Assembly: GCA_038153405.1 (NCBI GenBank)
Contig: JAYOYH010000018.1
Span: forward strand, 45,980-90,868
Origin: Gemmatimonadota bacterium
Lineage (GTDB): Bacteria > Latescibacterota > UBA2968 > UBA8231
Length of the DNA stretch: 44,889 bases
Direction of reading: 5' to 3'
In this document: positions 37,322 to 44,889 of the stretch, piece after piece
Layout of the letters: each line of letters starts with the position of its first letter
Position numbering within the stretch: the first letter of the stretch is position 1
The notes under the pieces: model-generated
Database searches by the model: none
What the model was told of the DNA's origin: nothing
The model's input: the letters and a program-made list of their open reading frames with translations, nothing else
Translations under genes and position numbers: made by a program

Positions 37322-37350
37322 TTGACGGGACATCGGCAATTGAATATATT
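37322..37350 (+). promoter_or_regulatory. sigma70-type promoter for the small basic protein gene
   Basis: TTGACG (37322-37327), 17 bp, TATATT (37345-37350). Confidence 0.7.
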
Positions 37351-37391
37351 TCGCCGACACGTTGTCGTTCATGAGGATAGAGAGGTCGTGC

Positions 37392-37514
37392 ATGGGTTCC
37401 AGCAAAGGCAGAATTCGGGAGCGCGAGTTGCGCCAGCGTCGCAAGCGACGCAAAGAGCAGTTAAAGCAGCGCATCAAAGAGGCTAAGATGGCGCCGCGCA
37501 AGCGGTCGAAATAG
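37392..37514 (+). CDS. 40-aa highly basic small protein (not in the ORF track)
   Basis: MGSSKGRIRERELRQRRKRRKEQLKQRIKEAKMAPRKRSK; RBS AGAGG 6 nt upstream; own promoter and terminator; alternative in-frame ATG at 37371. Confidence 0.7.
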   Translation: MGSSKGRIRERELRQRRKRRKEQLKQRIKEAKMAPRKRSK

Positions 37515-37560
37515 CGCGATAGCGCGGGCGTTATCTGCGCCAATCAAGCAACTAGATCGC

Positions 37561-37594
37561 AAGAGAGCGGACAGTTTTCTGTCGGCTCTCTTTT
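37561..37594 (+). terminator. Stem-loop terminator after the small basic gene
   Basis: AAGAGAGC-G-GACAG-TTTT-CTGTC-G-GCTCTCTT-TT. Confidence 0.65.
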
Positions 37595-37621
37595 GCGTTG
37601 AGAAGACGTAGCGGAGGAAAA

Positions 37622-38572
37622 ATGCGCGTAGCAGTTGCCGGAGTGAACGGCATTGGTAAACACCACGCCAAGTGGCACTATCTGGCTGGGGCCGAAGTCG
37701 TTGCGTTTCTGGGCAGTAGCGAAGATACCTGTGCCAAAGGCACCCAAGCCCTGTGCGATATCTTTCCCTTCTCCGGGCGGAGCTACAGCGATTTCGACGA
37801 GTTGTTGGAGCGAGAGCAGCCCGATGTCGTCGATATATGCCTGCCCAATGAACTGCACTATGCTCACGCTTTAAAGGCGCTCGAAAATGGCTGCCACGTG
37901 CTGTGCGAAAAACCGCTGGTGTGGGATGGCCAAGAGCCAGCGCATATGCTATTTCAGGCGCAGGAACTCGTCGAATATGCGCGCGGTAAAGGGCTGCGTC
38001 TAGGCGTGTGCAGCCAGTATGCTGCGGCCCTACCTCACTACGCCCGACTGCACCAAGCGCGCCACGGCCACGTGCAGCGACCGCACGCATTCTACGCCGA
38101 GATGGATACTCTGGCGCGGGGCCGCACGCGCAGCGCCGAGGAAATTTGGATCGATATGGGGCCGCACCCGCTCAGCCTGCTGCTGGCTTGGATGCCGCAA
38201 GGGGTCGTGCACACGGATTCATTAGATGTCGCTTTTAGCGCCGGTGAGGCGCGCGCGCGCTTTGATTTTTCCAATGCAGAACATGTGTGTCAATGCGAAG
38301 TCATCGTGCGCGATTTGGCCGCGGGGAAGCCGGTGCGCCGCTTTGGCATAAACGACGTTGTCGTCGACTGCGAGGGGCGGGCCGATGAAACGGGTGCCTA
38401 CCGCTGCGTGCTCAGCGAAGGTTCCATGGAAGAGATAGGTGACGATTTTATGTCGCTGCACATCGCCCAGTTCCTAGCGTGCGTAGAAGATCCGGCGCTG
38501 GCCCTGCTGGCTTCGGGCGAAATGGGCCTGCGCAATCTAGAACTGCAACTACAGGTTCTACAGCGCGCGTAG
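37622..38572 (+). CDS. Gfo/Idh/MocA-family NAD(P)-dependent oxidoreductase
   Basis: Start moved to ATG 37622 (RBS GGAGGA); GVNGIG Rossmann motif, HVLCEKP, DMGPHP. Confidence 0.88.
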   Translation: MRVAVAGVNGIGKHHAKWHYLAGAEVVAFLGSSEDTCAKGTQALCDIFPFSGRSYSDFDELLEREQPDVVDICLPNELHYAHALKALENGCHVLCEKPLVWDGQEPAHMLFQAQELVEYARGKGLRLGVCSQYAAALPHYARLHQARHGHVQRPHAFYAEMDTLARGRTRSAEEIWIDMGPHPLSLLLAWMPQGVVHTDSLDVAFSAGEARARFDFSNAEHVCQCEVIVRDLAAGKPVRRFGINDVVVDCEGRADETGAYRCVLSEGSMEEIGDDFMSLHIAQFLACVEDPALALLASGEMGLRNLELQLQVLQRA

Positions 38573-38577
38573 GCGAT

Positions 38578-39665
38578 TGTGAGTTCAACTTCTAAGTGCA
38601 CTTTTCGTGGCATGTGAAAAACAAAGGCCAACTGGTATATTTCCTTTGTCAAATCACATGCCCCACGAAGAGGAGCTTATGAAGGGATATAGCCAGTTGA
38701 CCTTACCCCAAAGATACGAAATATCAGCGCTGGACAAAGCCGGTCATGGCCCCAGCGCGATAGCGACCGTGGTGGGCGTCCACCGGACGACGATCTCGCG
38801 GGAGTTGAAACGAAATAAGAGCCCCAATGGCTACTTTCCCCAAGCGGCTGATCGTCGCGCTCAACAGCGTCGGCAGGATCGGTGTCGACCGCTTAAATGG
38901 ACGGGCCGTTGCCGTCAGTTGGTTGAGGGAAAACTGCGACACCAGTGGAGTCCGGAGCAGATCGCCAACTGGTTGGGACGCAGCGAAGGGATTTCTATTT
39001 CCCACGAGCGCATTTATCAGCATATTCGCTCCGATCAAGCACAGGGTGGCACACTGTATAGGCATCTACGTCAGCGTCTCCGCCCTAAACGAGTTACAGC
39101 CCAGACGGCCTATAAAGGCTCGATCCCAGATCGCGTTTCGATTGATGAGCGTCCACTCATCGTCGAAGAGAAGCAGCGTATCGGCGATTGGGAAGTCGAT
39201 CTGATGATGGGTGGCCAAGGCGGCGGTGCACTCTTAACGTTGGTCGAGCGAAAAAGTCGATTTACCCGGATCGAACCGGTCGATTCTAAACACGCCGATC
39301 ACGTCGCCCAGGTGCTCATTAATGCGCTGCGAGATCACAGGCAACAGGTCCATACCTTGACCATGGATAACGGCAACGAGTTTGCTCAGCATCAAAAAGT
39401 CAAGAAATCACTACGAGCCGATGTCTACTTTGCCCATCCTTATTGCGCCTGGCAGAGAGGGCTCAACGAGAATACCAACGGCCTCTTACGGCAATACTTT
39501 CCTAAAGGAATTAACTTTAAAACGGTGAGTCGTGCTAAAATCCAGCAAGTCGAGCAGCGGCTCAATAATCGACCTAGAAAAGGCCTGGAATTTCAAACGC
39601 CAAACGAGATTTTCCATGCTAAAAAAACATAATCACAATATGTGCACTTCAGAGTTGAAACCACC
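38578..39665 (+). mobile_element. IS30-family insertion sequence
   Basis: Imperfect 24-bp terminal inverted repeats 38578-38601 and 39642-39665 (18/24 matches) flank a transposase. The left end could extend to 38572; no clear target duplication. Confidence 0.85.
38679..39632 (+). CDS. IS30-family DDE transposase
   Basis: ATG 38679 after AGGAG; HTH TISRELKRN, WSPEQI, GDWEVD, DNGNEF, WQRGLNENTNGLLRQYFPK, LNNRPRK; frame intact. Confidence 0.95.
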   Translation: MKGYSQLTLPQRYEISALDKAGHGPSAIATVVGVHRTTISRELKRNKSPNGYFPQAADRRAQQRRQDRCRPLKWTGRCRQLVEGKLRHQWSPEQIANWLGRSEGISISHERIYQHIRSDQAQGGTLYRHLRQRLRPKRVTAQTAYKGSIPDRVSIDERPLIVEEKQRIGDWEVDLMMGGQGGGALLTLVERKSRFTRIEPVDSKHADHVAQVLINALRDHRQQVHTLTMDNGNEFAQHQKVKKSLRADVYFAHPYCAWQRGLNENTNGLLRQYFPKGINFKTVSRAKIQQVEQRLNNRPRKGLEFQTPNEIFHAKKT

Positions 39666-39777
39666 CTCTATATACTTCAATACGAATTAGATTTGTGTTG
39701 AAAGTCTAATTTTAACGGACCGCCTCAATCGCTCACCTGGACAGGCGGGACAGTGGCCAAAAAAAGAAAGACAAATT

Positions 39778-40503
39778 GTGGACGACCTAAAAGATCATCA
39801 AGTAGCCATTTTATGCGGTGGTAGGGGGACGCGTCTTAGGCCGACTACAGACACTATCCCGAAAGCGCTCGTAGAGTTAAACGGGCGCCCTATTCTCGAC
39901 TATATAGTTGATTTTTACTCTTCCAAAGGCTTAAATAAATTTATTATGTGTACTGGTTATAAGGGAGAATTGGTCGAGTCGCATTGTCGCAGTTATTCAG
40001 CCAATCTAAATTTTTATTTTTCAGATGCTGGAGAGAATGCCAGCATGCTACAGCGGATTTGGCATATGCGTGAAATGATCGAAGAGCGGATGTTTGTCTC
40101 TTATTGTGACACGTTTATAGATTTGGATATTGGCCAGATGTTAGAGGAACACCGCAGAAAAGGGGCTGTTGCGACTATGGTAACAGCGAGGATAAAAAGC
40201 CCGTTTGGCCTATTGACCTATGGTGCAAATAGATGGGTGGATTCTTTTGTTGAAAAGCCAGTGCTCAACTACTACATCGGCAGCTTTATACTCGAGCGTT
40301 CCGCATTGGAGAATGTGACCCCGGAAATGCTCGCTAAGCCAGATGGTGAAGGGATCGTAGAATTCTTCAACGTTCTTGTCGATAGAAATCAATTGGCTGC
40401 ACACGAACATGCGGGTGCCCAAATCACCTTTAATACAGAAAACGAGCGCCAGAAGGCAGAAGAAACTCTGGGGCATTTTTATTCGGTTTCGGAGGATTTA
40501 TGA
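39778..40503 (+). CDS. Sugar-1-phosphate nucleotidyltransferase
   Basis: AILCGGRGTRL...PKALVELNGRPIL, GYKGE, FVEKP. Confidence 0.88.
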   Translation: MDDLKDHQVAILCGGRGTRLRPTTDTIPKALVELNGRPILDYIVDFYSSKGLNKFIMCTGYKGELVESHCRSYSANLNFYFSDAGENASMLQRIWHMREMIEERMFVSYCDTFIDLDIGQMLEEHRRKGAVATMVTARIKSPFGLLTYGANRWVDSFVEKPVLNYYIGSFILERSALENVTPEMLAKPDGEGIVEFFNVLVDRNQLAAHEHAGAQITFNTENERQKAEETLGHFYSVSEDL

Positions 40504-41498
40504 ATTGTTTGAAGGACAAAAAGGTTCTAGTCACGGGTGGTAGCGGTTTTATCGGTTCGCACCTGACTCGGCGATTGCACAGGGAAGGAGCTGATGTCGC
40601 AATACTTTGCAAATACAATAGCGTTATGGACAATATACGACTGGTCGATTTGTGGCCGGATATTACAGTACTGGAGGCGGATATTCGCAACAAGGATTCG
40701 CTGCGGCAGATCGGAGAGTTCAAGCCGGATATCGTTTATCACTTAGCTGCTTACAATCACGTCGGTGATAGTTTTCTGCATGTTTCTGAGGCGATGGAAT
40801 CCAATGCGCAGGGGACGGCAAATGTGATAGAGGCTTATGATGACTATGATCGTTTTGTTTATATCGCAACATCCGAAGTCTATGGTCGGCAAGACAGTGT
40901 CCCTTTTCACGAGGAAATGACTCCAAATCCGATATCCCCTTATGCCGTCGGTAAATATAGCGGCGAATTATACTGTAAGATGAAGATGGAACGCTCTGAT
41001 CGACGCATAGCGGTTATCAGACCTTTTAACGCATTCGGACCCTATCAAAGTCCGAGAGCCATTATTGCGGAAATGATTTTGACTTGCCTATCTGGCCAGC
41101 CAGTTTACTCCACAGAAGGGAAGCAGACGCGCGACTTTAATTTTGTCGGCAACTTAGTGGATGGCATGCTACTCGCCGGAGAGCGAGACGAGGCGGTTGG
41201 CGAGACGATAAATGTGGGATCGGGGGGAGAGATTGCTATTTGTGACCTCATTCGCTTGATTCACTCGCTTACCGATAGTGAGTCCGAACTTCATATAGGA
41301 GCACTCGAGTTGCGGCCGACGGAAATCTGGCGAATGTTCGCAGCAAATGACAGGGCGCGAGAACTGTTGGGGTGGGCGCCGAAAGTCAGTTTTGAAGAGG
41401 GTCTTCGCATTACGATCGAATGGTATCGGGAGTTTATCGATCAATTTTCTAGTGCTAACTCGAGACTTAGTGGTCTGAGCACGTACCCCTTGCCATAA
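40500..41498 (+). CDS. NAD-dependent nucleotide-sugar epimerase/dehydratase (extended SDR)
   Basis: TGGSGFIG, HLAA, TSEVYG, YAVGK (YxxxK), RPFNAFGP, RDF. Confidence 0.92.
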   Translation: MNCLKDKKVLVTGGSGFIGSHLTRRLHREGADVAILCKYNSVMDNIRLVDLWPDITVLEADIRNKDSLRQIGEFKPDIVYHLAAYNHVGDSFLHVSEAMESNAQGTANVIEAYDDYDRFVYIATSEVYGRQDSVPFHEEMTPNPISPYAVGKYSGELYCKMKMERSDRRIAVIRPFNAFGPYQSPRAIIAEMILTCLSGQPVYSTEGKQTRDFNFVGNLVDGMLLAGERDEAVGETINVGSGGEIAICDLIRLIHSLTDSESELHIGALELRPTEIWRMFAANDRARELLGWAPKVSFEEGLRITIEWYREFIDQFSSANSRLSGLSTYPLP

Positions 41499-41503
41499 CA
41501 CAG

Positions 41504-42616
41504 ATGCTCGCCAGTCACAAAACAAAAAACATACTTTGTATCGTCGACGAATTGACTACCGGGGGGGCACAGACCGCCCTCTTTAACGTAGTTGACAACC
41601 TCGATCGCAACCTCTACACGCCCTATGTCGTGGCCCTATTTAAAGACGGTCGGGTGGGGGAGACATTGCGAGATCGCGGCATTTATGTTGAGTGCCTACA
41701 TGTGGTGCAGCCATTTTCTTTTAGCACCTTTATCAAGCTCTATCCTCGTCTATGCGCTATCGCGCGAGATCACAACGTCGTACTCGTACACTCTTTTTTG
41801 ACTGCTTCGGCTATATATGGTGGAATTATCGCCCGTCGTTTGAGGCTCCCCTCTATTCTAAACGTACATACGGTTTTGGCAAAAGCCCATATCGTCGGTA
41901 AGCGCACTACGCTATATTTAGAGCTTTTGGCTCGGGGGCTCAACCATTTTCTAATCGCGGGGAATCAAATGACTAAAGCCGAGTTGTTGCGCCTGCGTTT
42001 GTGGCGAGATGTCGGTCGAATCCGGATGATTTATAATGGAATCGCACCAGTTGGAAATCCAAGTGACGTTACATGGAGTGGTGATGCGATAAAAATAACG
42101 ATGGTGGCAAATTTCTTTCCAGAAAAAGACCATATCACTTTGATAAAAGCCTATGAATTACTGCGCGATCGCTTTCCACTGCAACTCCTCATAATTGCCG
42201 AGGGAGAAGGATCTTATCGCGAATTGGTTATGAATTATGTCCAAGAGAGAGACCTGAAGCAGATTGTATTTCAAAACAACAAAGACGCCGCTACCTATAG
42301 CCAGCAGACGGATATCTTTGTCTTGACTACCCACTCGGAAGGGGATCCGATTGTGCTTAAGGAAGCTATGTCGGTTGGTATTCCCTGTGTGGCATCCAAT
42401 GTCGGCGCCGTTGGGGAAGTAATCGAAGACGGAGTTGATGGTGTACTGATTGCGGATGGAGATCTGGACGGTTTAGTGAGAGCCTTAATTCGCCTTATTG
42501 AAGATCGGCCATTTCGCCAGCGGCTTGCTAAGTGCGCGATAAAAAAATACCGGGACAAGTTTTCGCTCGATAAAATGACGTACGAATACAAAGAGTTATA
42601 TGCGCAGGTTATTTAA
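41504..42616 (+). CDS. Glycosyltransferase family 4
   Basis: GGAQ, IYNGI, EKDH, EGDPIVLKEAM (EX7E), EVIEDGVDG. Confidence 0.9.
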   Translation: MLASHKTKNILCIVDELTTGGAQTALFNVVDNLDRNLYTPYVVALFKDGRVGETLRDRGIYVECLHVVQPFSFSTFIKLYPRLCAIARDHNVVLVHSFLTASAIYGGIIARRLRLPSILNVHTVLAKAHIVGKRTTLYLELLARGLNHFLIAGNQMTKAELLRLRLWRDVGRIRMIYNGIAPVGNPSDVTWSGDAIKITMVANFFPEKDHITLIKAYELLRDRFPLQLLIIAEGEGSYRELVMNYVQERDLKQIVFQNNKDAATYSQQTDIFVLTTHSEGDPIVLKEAMSVGIPCVASNVGAVGEVIEDGVDGVLIADGDLDGLVRALIRLIEDRPFRQRLAKCAIKKYRDKFSLDKMTYEYKELYAQVI

Positions 42617-42700
42617 TAGCTACTATTTCTATAACAGTAGCGCCTTGTCTGCGCTGATTATTACTACGTGTTGTCAGCTATGTGTTTGGGTGAAAGCACA

Positions 42701-44377
42701 ATGACATTCTTGCATAAACATATTACCAGCGCGTATATACTCATCGTAGTAGTGACGGCTGCTGTGTATTGGGGGATACTCGACAACTATTTTCTCAACG
42801 ACGATTTTGGCCGCCTTGCCGCTTTGTGGCCACTGCAAGAAGAAACGCTCGCGCGGGCTTTTGGGTCGATGGTTGAAAATAGCTATCACTGGGCATATTA
42901 TCGGCCATTGACCAACATGTCCTTTTATATTTTGGGCAAGATGGCTGACTTGAATGCCACTTGGTACTATGCCTCTTCTATTGCTCTACACTGCATCACA
43001 TCCCTCGTTGTATTTGCGCTTATTCGCCTCTTGTTTGTCGGCCGTGCTTCATCTATCTGGCCCGCTCTAACCGCTGCACTTTTTTTTGCTATACATCCAA
43101 GGCAAGTCGAGTCTGTTTCATATATTCACGATAATGAAAATATTTTTTGTGGTTTATTCTTTTTTTTGGGATTGTATTTTTTTATCAAGTTTTACAATGG
43201 TGGGCGATATTCCCATCTGGGTGCAGCTAGTCTGAGCTATTTTTTAAGTCTACTCGGCAAGGAGATGGGTGTTACTTTGCCGTTTATTTGTTTGGGGTAT
43301 GCGCTATTGTTGGGCGTGCGCACAGAGGGTCAAATACGCGAAAAGCGGCGCATGATTTTGAGCAGTATAGCTGCCGTGGCATTTGTCCTAGTAATTTACT
43401 TTGCCCTGCGATTTTATGGACTTGGGGAGTTTATAGGAGGGGCTGGTGAGACGAGTCGTTTAGAATTTAGTCCGCTGCGCATGGTGCGCACCCTTCTGCA
43501 AATAATTTTGGCCATGATATTGCCCAATGATATACCGGGGCTCGATTTGCTCGTATCCACTATTCGAGAAAGTTCCGTCCTATTTCTTGTGGGGCTTATA
43601 GGTGCCATTATAGCCTGTGCTCTGTTCGTGCATTTTTCATTTATTGGCAACTCCCATCTGTTCGGCTTTGCTGCGGTTTTTATAATTGTCAGTTCTCTGC
43701 CCGTTTTAAATAATGGGATTTCAGTCCATCAACTGACGGGGGCTAGATACCTCTATATACCGTTGTTGGGAGCTTCCATAGTTCTCGCCGAACTGCTGAC
43801 GAAATATGCTGTAAAGCGGGCGGTATTCGCCGTTAGTTTCCTACTACTTGTCGGGTATGGAATATCTGCGGTGCGCAATAATGCTATGGTTTCTACAGCT
43901 GCTGATATGAGTGAGGGTTTCTTGTTGGGCATGGGAGGTGTCGTCGGCGAAAATGAGGACAAGCAATACGCAATAGTCCTGCCGAGCTTTTACAGGGGCA
44001 TGTATATGCTACAAAGCAGTTTGTCCCCTGCATTGACGTTGCTTTACGGTCAGAAGGGGGTAGATTTTACCGATAGGGCCCCGCTTATAATCAGCATCGT
44101 GATAGACCCAGTTGATGCGGGAGATATTTCAGCAACGCGTGAGGGCGACTGGTTAGTAATCACGTGTAAAGACAATACGGGTATTTTATGGAAAGAAGAA
44201 TTCTATGATAATGAAACAAGTAGATCATATGATTTTGAATTTGATCGCAGTCGGGTAATAAATTCGCGCGGTGATTTTATTTCTTCTGTGATGCGCATCC
44301 GTCCCGCTCCTGAGCGTTTGATTGTTCCTAGCTTCAATATTAATGACGGTTATAGGTCACGTGTTATAAAATGGTAA
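42701..44377 (+). CDS. Polytopic GT-C fold membrane glycosyltransferase, TMTC-like, without TPRs
   Basis: FLNDDF, YYRPL, HPRQVESV, LLGKE, RYLYIP motifs; about 10-12 TM helices; start uncertain (42668/42680/42701). Confidence 0.7.
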   Translation: MTFLHKHITSAYILIVVVTAAVYWGILDNYFLNDDFGRLAALWPLQEETLARAFGSMVENSYHWAYYRPLTNMSFYILGKMADLNATWYYASSIALHCITSLVVFALIRLLFVGRASSIWPALTAALFFAIHPRQVESVSYIHDNENIFCGLFFFLGLYFFIKFYNGGRYSHLGAASLSYFLSLLGKEMGVTLPFICLGYALLLGVRTEGQIREKRRMILSSIAAVAFVLVIYFALRFYGLGEFIGGAGETSRLEFSPLRMVRTLLQIILAMILPNDIPGLDLLVSTIRESSVLFLVGLIGAIIACALFVHFSFIGNSHLFGFAAVFIIVSSLPVLNNGISVHQLTGARYLYIPLLGASIVLAELLTKYAVKRAVFAVSFLLLVGYGISAVRNNAMVSTAADMSEGFLLGMGGVVGENEDKQYAIVLPSFYRGMYMLQSSLSPALTLLYGQKGVDFTDRAPLIISIVIDPVDAGDISATREGDWLVITCKDNTGILWKEEFYDNETSRSYDFEFDRSRVINSRGDFISSVMRIRPAPERLIVPSFNINDGYRSRVIKW

Positions 44378-44889
44378 AAGAGAGTAAATGGGAAAAACTT
44401 TCAATCGGTAAGCTCAGCAAAACCTGTCTGATTGTACCGTGCTATAACGAGGCAAATCGGATAGATATAGATGCTTTTCGCAAAGGAGGCGCCGACCTTT
44501 TTCAACTCGTTTTTGTCAATGATGGATCTAGCGATGATACCTACGAATTGTTATGTAAGCATCGCGAAAAAAACTGGACGATAGTAGACCTAAAGGAAAA
44601 TGTTGGCAAAGCGGAAGCGGTGAGAAGAGGTGTGCTTCACCTGAGTGAGCAGGTTTTTTTTAGCGAAGTAGAGTGGGTTGGTTTTTGGGATGCAGACCTG
44701 GCTACACCACTGAGTGAAGTCGAAAGGTTTATTACGTATTCTGATACTTTTTTTCAAGAGACTAACGTCATTATCGGTAGTAGGATTAATAGACTTGGTG
44801 GTAATATTAAAAGATCGAGAACTAGGCACTATTTGGGAAGAATTTTTATAACGGTGGTCGATACGTTTTTCAAACTTGGTTGCTATGAT
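44371..44889 (+). CDS. GT2 polyprenyl-phosphate glycosyltransferase (ALG5/DPM-like), 3'-truncated by the window end, not in the ORF track
   Basis: ATG 44371 overlaps the previous stop; IVPCYNEANR, VNDGSSD, NVGKAEAVRRG, FWDADLATP, GSR, RHYLGR. Confidence 0.88.
   Translation, partial: MVKESKWEKLSIGKLSKTCLIVPCYNEANRIDIDAFRKGGADLFQLVFVNDGSSDDTYELLCKHREKNWTIVDLKENVGKAEAVRRGVLHLSEQVFFSEVEWVGFWDADLATPLSEVERFITYSDTFFQETNVIIGSRINRLGGNIKRSRTRHYLGRIFITVVDTFFKLGCYD

Noticed and set aside
43080..43185. T7-T8 tracts in the GT-C gene as phase-variation sites
   Set aside because: They are explained by Phe codons in TM helices of an AT-rich gene, and the frame is intact.
44388..44411. ATG 44388 as the GT2 start, implying a frameshift
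   Set aside because: That frame stops after 7 codons; ATG 44371 is in frame with the GT2 motifs.

Overview
Chromosomal fragment of a diderm bacterium. Protein architectures and gene order suggest an FCB-group lineage such as Ca. Latescibacterota (inference). The first ~110 nt are probably a poly-G/poly-C assembly artefact inside the tail of a YfhO-like gene. Contents in order: (1) a two-gene surface-protein operon with a near-consensus promoter, encoding a 1576-aa Ig/FN3-dockerin-cohesin-CTD protein and a 517-aa cohesin-like/CTD partner; (2) moaD-moaE plus a CX5R phosphatase, and a monocistronic Zn-ribbon microprotein; (3) a housekeeping/envelope cluster: ybbR-like, tsaD, vWA membrane protein, ftsK, lolA, CTD-bearing S8 protease, DUF4352-like, frameshifted prfB, lolC/E, lolD, mcsA, mcsB, clpC, bamA, skp, fabZ, with no ctsR, lysS or lpx genes; (4) a hybrid PAS histidine kinase convergent with a 1471-aa cohesin-9xFN3-dockerin-cohesin-CTD scaffoldin-like gene; (5) a plant-type pyrB with an attenuator-like leader, a 40-aa very basic protein missed by the ORF track, and a Gfo/Idh/MocA oxidoreductase; (6) an IS30 element followed by an AT-richer glycosylation locus (NTP-transferase, epimerase, GT4, TMTC-like GT-C, ALG5-like GT2). 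Leading hypothesis for an undescribed system: a non-cellulosomal, cohesin-dockerin-linked, heavily O-glycosylated surface lattice exported by a T9SS-like C-terminal signal, in a diderm whose bamA-skp-fabZ locus lacks the lipid A genes. No tRNA, rRNA or CRISPR array was seen.
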